This document shows, piece by piece, positions 8,275-17,373 of a stretch of 38,551 nt of DNA (positions are counted from its first letter, which is position 1; the number at the start of each line of letters is the position of its first letter). Position numbers and translations under genes: made by a program. The stretch lies in sequence record SRR16203515_4350, one strand, 5' to 3'. The notes under the pieces are model-generated. The model saw only the letters and a program-made list of their open reading frames with translations. It had not been told where the DNA came from and made no database searches.

Positions 8275-10617
8275 TAGGCGAGGCGACGAGCGAAGTAATT
8301 CATCACTGGTGACCCCATCTCCCTTACCGGGCCGCCAGCGCAACTGTATACCGGCTTCAAAAGCTTGGTACTGCACCGCAAAACTTCTGCCCACATAGGC
8401 CGCAACAAGCCAATGTTCGGAAACGCGATATTGCCCTTCCAGCATCACGTCACCACTTATACCGGTACTGGTATTGCTAGGTACTCGCAGGCTTTGTTGA
8501 CTCGTATCAGTGCTAAGTGGAAAACGCAGATTGTCTGTTTCACTTAGCCTAGACACCCCTAGCGAAGAACTTAATTTAACTTGCCAATGATGAGCTTCTT
8601 GGGTCAATAATTCTGAATAGACCCCCAAGCTTACCAGATAGTCAGGGCTAAAGTAGCCACCATGGCCATAGGTAAAGCCACTGAGATTTTTATCATAGCC
8701 AAGATAGCTAAGATAAGGGCCAACACGCCAATAATCTAACCGCTCAGATACGCTAGGGGCAATATTCACGCTCACGTCACTGCGTAACGATAGCGCATGG
8801 TTATCATCCACCCTCTCACCCTGTAACTGTTCCCATTTTATTGTTGCCGATAGCGACACCTGTGGTCTTACACTATAAGCCACTAAAGCCGATACCCCTT
8901 CGCCAATCACATAGCCCCAAGCATCGTTATGATCGGCATTAAAGGTGCCTGAATAGCTAAGTAAGCTATCTTGTTTGGGTAGTCGAAAAGCACTTGTCGC
9001 TATGGTCGTATCGGCTAAAAACCAGCTCGCTGACAGTTGACCGGTTACGCTTGCAGCAACGGGCTGATCAATGAGTGAGTAGGCAAGGTTGCCATAAAAA
9101 TTAACATTGTCAGTTTGTAGTTCAACTTCACCACGAATCCCGGTATCTTCCAACCCTGTGATCCCTGCAAAAGGCGCGGCAATTTGGCCGCTGGCAAACC
9201 AACTGTTACTGGCGGGCGTGCCACTGTATAACTGTTGATAATCGAGGGCAACTTGCCAACGCCACCTCGCCACGGTGCTGCCAACACCAACATAGCTACT
9301 TAACATATCAAAGTTGCCTAGCCCTATTTCGCCACTTCGTTGCTTTGTGGTGGCACCTGCAACTATATTCCATGCGGTTTTTGACTGTGCCGTGACAGCC
9401 CGAGGGTCGCCTGATAAGTAACTGTACATAAATTGCTTTCGCGGCCACGCCTTGGCTGTACGCAAAGCATTAACGTTAGCCCGTACCTGTGAATTAGCCC
9501 GCATCAAGGGCTCAAGTGGCTTGTCGTTGCGCTGATAAAGGCGAACAAGTTGGCCGGCAATATCTTGATTATTTGGCGCTAGTGTTAATGCATGGGTAAA
9601 CGCCTGTATGGCCAAGCCGTCTTGGCCCGCTTCACTGGCTGCCCAACCAAGTAAGGCATGTTCTTCTTCGCGAAGTGATCTTATTTGTTTAAGCGCTAAA
9701 CCAGCCTTTATACTTTGCTCAAGCTCACCTTGTTGATAGAAGCTCGCTTGTTGCTCGGCGTAGTAATTGGCACAACGTCTTAAAAATATCTCGTTGTTGT
9801 CCTGTTCACAGGCAAATCTAGCGGCGGCCCCAGAATTACCCGACTGCTGTAAACTCAGCCAACGCCCTTCTTGATTACCGGTTAACGCAAACCATTGCTG
9901 CGCTTGTATATAATTACCCTTGTCATAGTCTTTCCACCCTTGCGCGTCCACCAGCGTGAGAACCTGCGGGCGGTTATCAGCGGCTAACCAAGCTGCAATT
10001 TGTTCTATGTCATTACCCGCTATGGCATGGTTTATCTTAACTTGCTGTAATATAGAAAGGCCCTCGTCAGCGCTCTGCTTTTCTGCGCGGTTAGCAGCAA
10101 GCTGACCGGCTCGTGTAAAGTGGTGCTCCGCCTTTTCAAGCCATGCTTTATTCAGTGCCGTCCAGCCCATTAGCAGATGATAATCGTTACGCGCTAGGTT
10201 ATCCGCTAACTGGGATAACTGACTGAACCGGGCCTCACTGATAGCGGCACGCTTGCCTTCAGACCATGCGGAAAAAGCTGCAAGCGGAGCATCCTTTGCT
10301 GGCTTACTCGCCCCTTTCAGCTTGGTTTTGGGTGGGTTATTAAGCTTATCTAACGCCGCCACCAGCTCATCCGACATTGTCCAATTCGGGTAAGTTCGGG
10401 TTAACCGTGCTGCTTCTTGGTTGGCTAAATTCCGTTGTTGTTTATTAATGTGATACCACAGGCCGGTGACATCTGGCGCTACTTCCACCACCGTTTTAGG
10501 TTGCTCATCTTGGGATTTATAGGTGGTGGTTACCTGTGCCACGACCTGCTCACTTGTGAGCCCAATAGCCGTAAAAGCCCCACTTAATATCAGGTAACTC
10601 AGCCGTCGCTGGCTCAT
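8257..10617 (-). CDS. bcsC: Cellulose synthase outer-membrane protein C (short TPR region plus beta-barrel)
   Basis: Signal peptide; TPR-like helices (GW..Y..G.Y..A..WF; LGWAA...G...LA...F..AL.LAP); barrel motifs DSLLSYSG and FTYGHGGYFSP; operon context. Confidence 0.85.
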   Translation of the reverse strand: MSQRRLSYLILSGAFTAIGLTSEQVVAQVTTTYKSQDEQPKTVVEVAPDVTGLWYHINKQQRNLANQEAARLTRTYPNWTMSDELVAALDKLNNPPKTKLKGASKPAKDAPLAAFSAWSEGKRAAISEARFSQLSQLADNLARNDYHLLMGWTALNKAWLEKAEHHFTRAGQLAANRAEKQSADEGLSILQQVKINHAIAGNDIEQIAAWLAADNRPQVLTLVDAQGWKDYDKGNYIQAQQWFALTGNQEGRWLSLQQSGNSGAAARFACEQDNNEIFLRRCANYYAEQQASFYQQGELEQSIKAGLALKQIRSLREEEHALLGWAASEAGQDGLAIQAFTHALTLAPNNQDIAGQLVRLYQRNDKPLEPLMRANSQVRANVNALRTAKAWPRKQFMYSYLSGDPRAVTAQSKTAWNIVAGATTKQRSGEIGLGNFDMLSSYVGVGSTVARWRWQVALDYQQLYSGTPASNSWFASGQIAAPFAGITGLEDTGIRGEVELQTDNVNFYGNLAYSLIDQPVAASVTGQLSASWFLADTTIATSAFRLPKQDSLLSYSGTFNADHNDAWGYVIGEGVSALVAYSVRPQVSLSATIKWEQLQGERVDDNHALSLRSDVSVNIAPSVSERLDYWRVGPYLSYLGYDKNLSGFTYGHGGYFSPDYLVSLGVYSELLTQEAHHWQVKLSSSLGVSRLSETDNLRFPLSTDTSQQSLRVPSNTSTGISGDVMLEGQYRVSEHWLVAAYVGRSFAVQYQAFEAGIQLRWRPGKGDGVTSDELLRSSPRLSGFAL

Positions 10618-11690
10618 GATGTAACATCCATTACAGCAAGACGTGAGAGCATAATTAAGCTGGCCGAGTAATAATCCGTTTTTCGATTTATCTCAGCGAA
10701 TTTCACCGGCTCGTGGCGAATAAGGTGGGCTACCGCGTTGGCCACGGTTTGCATTCCCGCCGTCATTTCATATTCGGCGGTTTGTTCGCTCACCAAATTA
10801 ACAGTGGCTGGCACCGATGGCTGGTTCCAGAAAGAAAAGAAAGCAGAATACACCTCAGGAGCCGCTACATTCGCCCATGCCAGATGAAGAGGAATGCGAC
10901 AGGCATTAAAGCCATACTCTTGCGACTGGGTGTACTCTAGGGTAAAGCTATCGCCCTCAAGCCCCAGCCAATCCGGGGGAAGCTGATAGGAACTAAAGCG
11001 TGCATCGGCAATAAGTGCTGTGCCGCTTGCAAATAATTGCTGCCACTGTGAAGGCGTTGTCGACACCTTGGCAATGGCTTCAAGGGCAGGAAACACCCAA
11101 TAGGATAAATTTACCTGTAGCCTGTTTTTTTGCGGGTTATCATCTGTTTGATGAACAAAGCCATGCTCACCGGGCAAAAGTAAACTGTACTGCTCGGTAT
11201 GGTAAAAAAGCGACGATTCTATTGCCGAGATAATGGACAAGGCGGCCTTGTAATAGCTATCTTCATCCCACTTGTCAGCCGCCCGCAGCAATGCCCAAGC
11301 AATCAGTAGATCGCCATCAGAGGCATTATTGGGATCATCAATGCAGGTCTTATCCTTGTTATCACAAGGTACATAGCGCCAAAAGAACAAGCTATCGTCT
11401 CGCTGCAATACCTCTTGTGTCCATTGCCAAATGGCATCGAAGGTGTCTCTGTCATTAGCCGCTACAGAAAACAACATGCCATAGCCTTGGCTTTCACTGT
11501 GAGATACGTTTTTATTGCCTGTATCGACTACACGCCCCTCGTCGATAAACAAGGCCTTATACCCTTGATAGGCGTTGTTAAACTCCTTATTTTCCGGCTT
11601 GCTGCATGAACTCATTACACACACCATAATAGCCAACAAGCATAGTCGCCAGCTCGTTAATACATAATGACGTGACATTAACGCTACCAT
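10614..11690 (-). CDS. bcsZ: GH8 endoglucanase, probable lipoprotein
   Basis: GRVVDTGN, SHSESQGYGM (catalytic Glu), NNASDGDLLIAWAL, NLSYW; lipobox-like VMSS-C. Confidence 0.92.
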   Translation of the reverse strand: MVALMSRHYVLTSWRLCLLAIMVCVMSSCSKPENKEFNNAYQGYKALFIDEGRVVDTGNKNVSHSESQGYGMLFSVAANDRDTFDAIWQWTQEVLQRDDSLFFWRYVPCDNKDKTCIDDPNNASDGDLLIAWALLRAADKWDEDSYYKAALSIISAIESSLFYHTEQYSLLLPGEHGFVHQTDDNPQKNRLQVNLSYWVFPALEAIAKVSTTPSQWQQLFASGTALIADARFSSYQLPPDWLGLEGDSFTLEYTQSQEYGFNACRIPLHLAWANVAAPEVYSAFFSFWNQPSVPATVNLVSEQTAEYEMTAGMQTVANAVAHLIRHEPVKFAEINRKTDYYSASLIMLSRLAVMDVTS

Positions 11691-13957
11691 GATTCTTGAA
11701 TTTGTTTGTTTCTACGTTTGAGTAACAAGTAAATCAATAGACTTACGAAGAAGACCAATAGTAAAAACGATACCAGCCAATACCAGGGGTTATTTGACAA
11801 CCAAAGGCGTAAGGTCAACCAGTAATTATTCGCCTCTCCAAGCTCAAACTTTTCGCTGACCTGCATGACAAGTTTAGGCGATAAGGCATCGTCCCAAACG
11901 AAAAAGTCACCGGCTAACTGGCCCCACAATGACAGACTAATTAAGTCGTTCATGCGCGCAAATAAATACTCTGGTGTTTGCGCCGTAATAATAAACATGG
12001 TGTCTGTTGTACTGCTTCTAGGGTGCTTTTCGGCCAGTAATATGGCCTGTTCACCTAACCCGCTCTGTTGCACGGTAGCCCCGGTTACCCGCATCTGCCG
12101 ATAAGACTCATCATTCGTTAAGTCTCTTACCCGATTGTGGAGCTCATTTTGTAAACGATAGGGCCAGCGTTTCACGTTGCCCACCGCCGTAGCAAAACTA
12201 TCTTGCTCTATCGCATCTAGGGAATCGGGGGTACCTAATACAATGAGCGAGCCTTCGGCTTTGCTTGCTAATTCATCGACGATAGCTAAATTTAATAACG
12301 GCGTTTGCGCCACTTGCGCTAGCTTACCCGATAAGGTTAACGCACTGTCCAGATATGCTGCAGAGGGAATATAAATACTGCCCACCGGCGCACTTGAGAA
12401 ACGGGCAAATGGGTAGGCAGTCTCGCTAAACAACCCTAAATCAGGCTGTACCGCCACATGTCCCGCATCAGGTAAGGAAATACTGGAGGAGTTATTCACT
12501 TGAAACACCAAATGGGAACCAAATACATCGTCACAGGGAACCCCGGCTAATGGCGCTCGCATGGTGGCACTGATATCAAGATTATTAATACCGCCTTTGA
12601 AAAACCGTGCAGGAATACGCAATTGATAGTCTCTAAAGGCTTCACCATTTTCATCACCAAAATAAAGCCCATGAACTAACTCGCCGTTGACACTGACGTT
12701 CATAATAGAGCCTGGCCCAGTACCAGCACCATAGCTAAAGTCTAGCAATAGCGCCACACTGGCATTTTCGGGGACGTAGAAATCAGCGGGCAGACGAAAA
12801 GTCACCTGCTTGGTAAAATCGCCTTCATCAATAAAGCGTTCACTGGCCACGCCTAGGTCGTCAAAACTATACTGTTCCCCCGGGGTAAGTACCCGCTTTC
12901 GTTGCAGTTGCTCAGGTAGCATCTGGGTTTGCGATACCACGCGAATAGCCGATACTGGGCTTAGTACGTCATCCATTACGGCAAGGGCTTTCGCTGCTTG
13001 ATACACCTCTTCTTGTGTGTCACCGCTCACAATCAAACGGTAAGCTGGCCCTACGAGGGTTTTATTACCCGCAACAAAGCTCGCGGTACGCTCCATTTTT
13101 AAATAAGCACCATCAATGTCATTAATAATATCATCAGACAAAATGAGCGAGAGTTCTTCTACCGTCCCCACCACAACGTGCACCTTATCGGCGTGAGGCT
13201 CATCGATATACCACGCCGAATGCTCATAGCTATCTACCCGGGACTCGTTCCAAAACAAGTCTTGCGTTGGGTCTAACGCTGGTAGTACATACCCATCAGG
13301 AAGAACCGTTTGGCGAATAGATAGCGGCTGATATTGATTACGCAGTGCCAAAGCTTGCGCTACTAGGGGTAAAGTTTTTTGTTGTAATTGAGGGTCCGCA
13401 TCCGCGCCAGTAATCATACTTACCTGGCGTTGCCCGCCAATGCCGGGATTGAAAAATCCGGCCAAGTGGGAAAGTGTCACCTCTTCAATAGCAAGGCGAG
13501 TATCGACACTTAAGCTTGAGTTATAAACGTTAACTTCACTCCAAAGTTCAGGGGCACTTCCATCGACACATTGCTCAGCGTAGTGCTGGCTTACCGCCAA
13601 AGTTAGCTGATTGAACCCTTCACGCCATAGCTCCACGGGAATATTAATACGCGAAGTTAAACTGGTGCGGTTAGGATCAAAGGCTATTTGACCAATGGTG
13701 GCGTTATTGAACCGCACATACAACTGCGAACGTCGCTTAATCAACGCCTGAGAGCTGGTCACCTCAAGGGTAATGGAAGAGGACGTTACATCATGAATTG
13801 AGGTAAGGGGAATAGCGATATCAAAACTGTTGGATTTCCCTTGCAAGCGCACCACACCATCGCCGCCGTAGAAGTCGGTTAACCGATAGGTATGGGTATC
13901 ACCATAGGCACCAACGGAGAGAAAATACAAACATACCATTAACAGGGTTTTATACAT
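11684..13957 (-). CDS. bcsB: Cellulose synthase periplasmic subunit B
   Basis: Signal peptide; C..GSAPELWSEV; F.LPAD; PDL.LF..TAYPF; C-terminal amphipathic helix plus TM anchor (WLSNNPW...LLKRR). Confidence 0.92.
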   Translation of the reverse strand: MYKTLLMVCLYFLSVGAYGDTHTYRLTDFYGGDGVVRLQGKSNSFDIAIPLTSIHDVTSSSITLEVTSSQALIKRRSQLYVRFNNATIGQIAFDPNRTSLTSRINIPVELWREGFNQLTLAVSQHYAEQCVDGSAPELWSEVNVYNSSLSVDTRLAIEEVTLSHLAGFFNPGIGGQRQVSMITGADADPQLQQKTLPLVAQALALRNQYQPLSIRQTVLPDGYVLPALDPTQDLFWNESRVDSYEHSAWYIDEPHADKVHVVVGTVEELSLILSDDIINDIDGAYLKMERTASFVAGNKTLVGPAYRLIVSGDTQEEVYQAAKALAVMDDVLSPVSAIRVVSQTQMLPEQLQRKRVLTPGEQYSFDDLGVASERFIDEGDFTKQVTFRLPADFYVPENASVALLLDFSYGAGTGPGSIMNVSVNGELVHGLYFGDENGEAFRDYQLRIPARFFKGGINNLDISATMRAPLAGVPCDDVFGSHLVFQVNNSSSISLPDAGHVAVQPDLGLFSETAYPFARFSSAPVGSIYIPSAAYLDSALTLSGKLAQVAQTPLLNLAIVDELASKAEGSLIVLGTPDSLDAIEQDSFATAVGNVKRWPYRLQNELHNRVRDLTNDESYRQMRVTGATVQQSGLGEQAILLAEKHPRSSTTDTMFIITAQTPEYLFARMNDLISLSLWGQLAGDFFVWDDALSPKLVMQVSEKFELGEANNYWLTLRLWLSNNPWYWLVSFLLLVFFVSLLIYLLLKRRNKQIQESW

Positions 13958-16200
13958 TACTTATCCTTAGCGGCTTGCCGTTGTGCCTTCAACCTTTGAA
14001 AACCATGCTGCAAACTAACCATAATATGAATGAGAGTGGGTTTTAATCCAACTTTAAGTACGTGCTTTACGCCATACCAAAAAGAAATTGGCCGCGTTCG
14101 CCTGCGCTGAAAAGATTGCCAACGTCGACTGTCACACAGGCTGTAAGCAACCACATCAACCTGCTCTTGTTCCGAGGTTGGGGTAAACTTAACCCGCAAT
14201 ACTTTGCTTTCAACATCAAAACCCAGTACCTGAATACGCAGGTTTACATTAGATTTTATCGCTTCACACCAAGATGTTAATACGACATTAGACGGAATTT
14301 TACTGCAATCCCCTTTGAGTTTAAGCCGTGCGCCCCCTGCCGACAAATCGATAAGGTCGCCTACCCATGCTTGTCCGTCTTGGGTTTTAATGACCACGTT
14401 GTCCGTAGCGGGCAAACGAGACTGATTACGCACTTGTTTACGCTCGAGTAAGACGCTCATCACGCTCAATAGCAACAAAAGATTAAAAGTATTCCATAAC
14501 ATTACCACTACCGTTAATTCACGGGTTAAGGGCTCGTTAAAAAATTTGTAGGCTCCTGCTACTGTGGCAAACGTGAGCACTGCGATTAGCCAATAAAAAA
14601 CTGTCGATAAGGGTGAAACAAAGGTCTTGTCTAAGCTTTCCCCTTTCGGCGTTACCACAAACGAAGGGGCTCGGGGTTTAAGAAAAACTTTAATCAATGC
14701 ATTTAGGGTAAAAGCGCATTGCAATATTTCATACAGTTCAGAGACGAGGGGCCATCGCGTTCGTCCGAACAACATGGTCGATAGCATGTAGGTGGCAATA
14801 ACATGCGGGATGGTAAATGCGAGAATTTCGAGCATGGAGGCATGGTATACCTGTAAGCCAAATACCAAATACGCCAATGGCATCAACAAAAACACGATGC
14901 GGGCAAAGGGGAACAACCAGAACATGATAGAGCTCATATAGCCTACCCGCTGATACCACTTTAGCCCTTCTGCTTTATAGGGCTTTTTGAGCAAGAGTAT
15001 TTGTGTCATGCCCTGTGCCCAACGCATCCGCTGCTGAATAAACGCATCAAAGGTTTCAGGTGCCAGACCGCTTACCATGGGGCGATCTACATAGACTGAC
15101 TCATAGCCCATTTTATGTAAATCGAGGGCAGTTTCCGCATCTTCGGTAATAGAGTCACCGGAAATGCCGCCCACTAAAGCTAAGTGCTCTCGGCGCATTA
15201 ACGCGGCAGAGCCACAAAAAAATGAACTAGACCAGTAATCGAGTCCTTTCTGAATAGTGCCATAGAACATATCATTCTCTGACGGCATACGGGTAAATGC
15301 AGAAAAGTAATTGCGTTCTACTGGGTCGGGATTAGCCATAAAATGCGGAGTTTGTACCAGGAACACTTTCTTCTTTTTAATCATCCAGGGTACGGTACGG
15401 GCGAGGAAATCACTGGTAGGCACATGATCCGCATCCAGGATCACAATAAGCTCACCGTCGGTGTTCTCTATGGCACTGTTTACATTTCCAGCCTTTGCAT
15501 GCAGGTTTTTCTCACGGGTGTGGTAGGTCGCGCCGAGCCGCTGGCATAGCATTTGTAAGTTTTTTCTACGCTCACGTGCTTGGCTGGCTGCCGCCTTATC
15601 TGACTGGTTAAGCTTTTGATCCGTACCACCATCATCTAATAGGTGAATAGCCACTTTGCCTTTGGGGTAATCCATCAATTTAGCCGCTCGGATGGTTATC
15701 TCTAAGATCTCTTGTGATTCGTTGTAGCTGGGGATCATGACATCTACGGTAGGCACATCTTCCACCTCCATCTCGCGAAGCAATAAGGCAGGACGAGTTA
15801 AGGGGAAGGCATTAACAATGCAACCTAATACCGACGTGATACCGGCGTAAATTTCTGCCGCAAATAAAAGCCACACGGCAATAAGAGAGAAAAAGTCGGT
15901 TGCCGTTAGCGTATATAAGCCACGCCACAGCAAGTAGCGAAATGTTAGCGCCACACCGAGTACCAGTGCTAATGTTTTAAACAAGTATTGAAAACGCTGA
16001 GGGTATGCTGCCTCTTTGCTACATAAAGAAATAATAGCCAGCACGACGGCAGATGAAACCAGTTGCCCTGCGGCGTCCATAGGCGCAAGCAGCAAAAGCC
16101 CAAGCAGTGCTGCTACGATAACAAGAACAATCAAATATTGACTGGTATAATGCTTACTTGCGAGAGAACTGTCCAATATGGTTGTCCGTAACGTTGACAT
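13957..16200 (-). CDS. bcsA: Cellulose synthase catalytic subunit (GT2 plus PilZ)
   Basis: DDG, HAKAGN, DADH, QTPH, FFCGS, TED, QRMRW, FVVTPK gating loop; PilZ RNQSR (RxxxR) and DLSAGG (DxSxxG). Confidence 0.98.
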   Translation of the reverse strand: MSTLRTTILDSSLASKHYTSQYLIVLVIVAALLGLLLLAPMDAAGQLVSSAVVLAIISLCSKEAAYPQRFQYLFKTLALVLGVALTFRYLLWRGLYTLTATDFFSLIAVWLLFAAEIYAGITSVLGCIVNAFPLTRPALLLREMEVEDVPTVDVMIPSYNESQEILEITIRAAKLMDYPKGKVAIHLLDDGGTDQKLNQSDKAAASQARERRKNLQMLCQRLGATYHTREKNLHAKAGNVNSAIENTDGELIVILDADHVPTSDFLARTVPWMIKKKKVFLVQTPHFMANPDPVERNYFSAFTRMPSENDMFYGTIQKGLDYWSSSFFCGSAALMRREHLALVGGISGDSITEDAETALDLHKMGYESVYVDRPMVSGLAPETFDAFIQQRMRWAQGMTQILLLKKPYKAEGLKWYQRVGYMSSIMFWLFPFARIVFLLMPLAYLVFGLQVYHASMLEILAFTIPHVIATYMLSTMLFGRTRWPLVSELYEILQCAFTLNALIKVFLKPRAPSFVVTPKGESLDKTFVSPLSTVFYWLIAVLTFATVAGAYKFFNEPLTRELTVVVMLWNTFNLLLLLSVMSVLLERKQVRNQSRLPATDNVVIKTQDGQAWVGDLIDLSAGGARLKLKGDCSKIPSNVVLTSWCEAIKSNVNLRIQVLGFDVESKVLRVKFTPTSEQEQVDVVAYSLCDSRRWQSFQRRRTRPISFWYGVKHVLKVGLKPTLIHIMVSLQHGFQRLKAQRQAAKDK

Positions 16201-16657
16201 GGGTCACGTAAGCATAGTTCGCACGGTTAATTAATGTCACTTTATTACCCTGGATATCAAGTTCATGATTGCTTTGATAGAACCTTCTCGAGATTGCATC
16301 TCGTCGTTTGCGGCTATCTTTACCAATCAGTAACCAAGCAGGATACGTAATAACACCAAAAGCCATTGTCACGAACAGGGCAAAAAACACCGCAGGGGGT
16401 AGCGTGGGGGCCATGTAGAGTGAAAAAATTAGCGTTCCCAAACTAGCAACGGTGAACACTGCGGTAAGTTTACGCAAACGATTCACTTTTAGCAGCATAG
16501 TTTCTGAACGAACATACATGTACAAACGATTTTTCCACAGCTGCTCCGTTTCTACACTAGTACGGGTATCCACCAACGCAGGCGCGGGATATCCACTCCA
16601 GTCATGTGCAAACTCAACAGCGGTGTTAAATTGATGTAGTTCTACTACGTTCGGCAT
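16154..16657 (-). CDS. Hypothetical 2-TM membrane protein, first gene of the bcs operon
   Basis: 167 aa from ATG 16657, which follows GGGGAG (alternative ATG at 16690); hydrophobic hairpin AVFTVASLGTLIFSLY...AVFFALFVTMAFGVITYPAWLLIG followed by a basic patch; overlaps bcsA by 47 nt. Confidence 0.75.
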   Translation of the reverse strand: MPNVVELHQFNTAVEFAHDWSGYPAPALVDTRTSVETEQLWKNRLYMYVRSETMLLKVNRLRKLTAVFTVASLGTLIFSLYMAPTLPPAVFFALFVTMAFGVITYPAWLLIGKDSRKRRDAISRRFYQSNHELDIQGNKVTLINRANYAYVTHVNVTDNHIGQFSRK

Positions 16658-16853
16658 ATAGGCCACTCCCCAACAGTACAGCGTAAGCATACTTTTGCTT
16701 ACCCCGAGGAAAAATCGCTAACTTCATACTTACTGATTACAAAGTATACGTTCAAACCTTGGTGGGGAAATTGAACTTTCGCCTAACAAATAGCATAAAA
16801 CATTGATTTAAAAGCTTTTAACCAAAGAAAAAGTAGACTAAAGTGCAATATTA

Positions 16854-17357
16854 TTAGCCCTTTGGAGTGGCTTTTTCGGTATATATTTTAGTTAAAATAC
16901 TGACCAAGTTACTGATATTAAATACGGTCCCAAAGATACTGCCTACTGATATGGCATACAGGAGCCCGAGAAATTCGGCGAGCAAAAAGTAGCGTCTTAT
17001 TTTGCCAGCGTCGCGCAGAACAATAGACCCTACGGTAAAAATGAGTGAGGAAGCATAGGCAATAAAAATTATAGCGCCGTGGTGGAGCACAAACCATTCA
17101 TAAAGAAGAAACCCAAGGTTCGCGGCTACAAAGAAAAACAAAATAAATCGACTTCTGTTTTTCAATGCAATGATGTTACGCAAACTCGCTAAAGACGTGC
17201 CTACTCCCGCCGCCATGGCATCTAACATAAAAAAGTGAGCGCTTAATGCCGCTAACGCAAAAGCAGAGATAAGCAGATATCGGTCTACGTGATTTTGACG
17301 GTAGCCAATAAAATTTAGCACCACCGCCAATGCACCAAACGCTTCTGCCACTATCAT
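16854..17357 (-). CDS. YgjV-family inner-membrane protein
   Basis: Very hydrophobic 167 aa; AHFFML.A..AG....L..LRN pattern and C-terminal GSI.G. Confidence 0.75.
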   Translation of the reverse strand: MIVAEAFGALAVVLNFIGYRQNHVDRYLLISAFALAALSAHFFMLDAMAAGVGTSLASLRNIIALKNRSRFILFFFVAANLGFLLYEWFVLHHGAIIFIAYASSLIFTVGSIVLRDAGKIRRYFLLAEFLGLLYAISVGSIFGTVFNISNLVSILTKIYTEKATPKG

Positions 17358-17373
17358 AATTGCAATAACCCTA

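Noticed and set aside
6955-16657. Recent genomic island carrying bcs
   Set aside because: No integrase, transposase, tRNA or flanking direct repeats seen, and composition looks similar to the flanks by eye (not computed); any transfer would be old.
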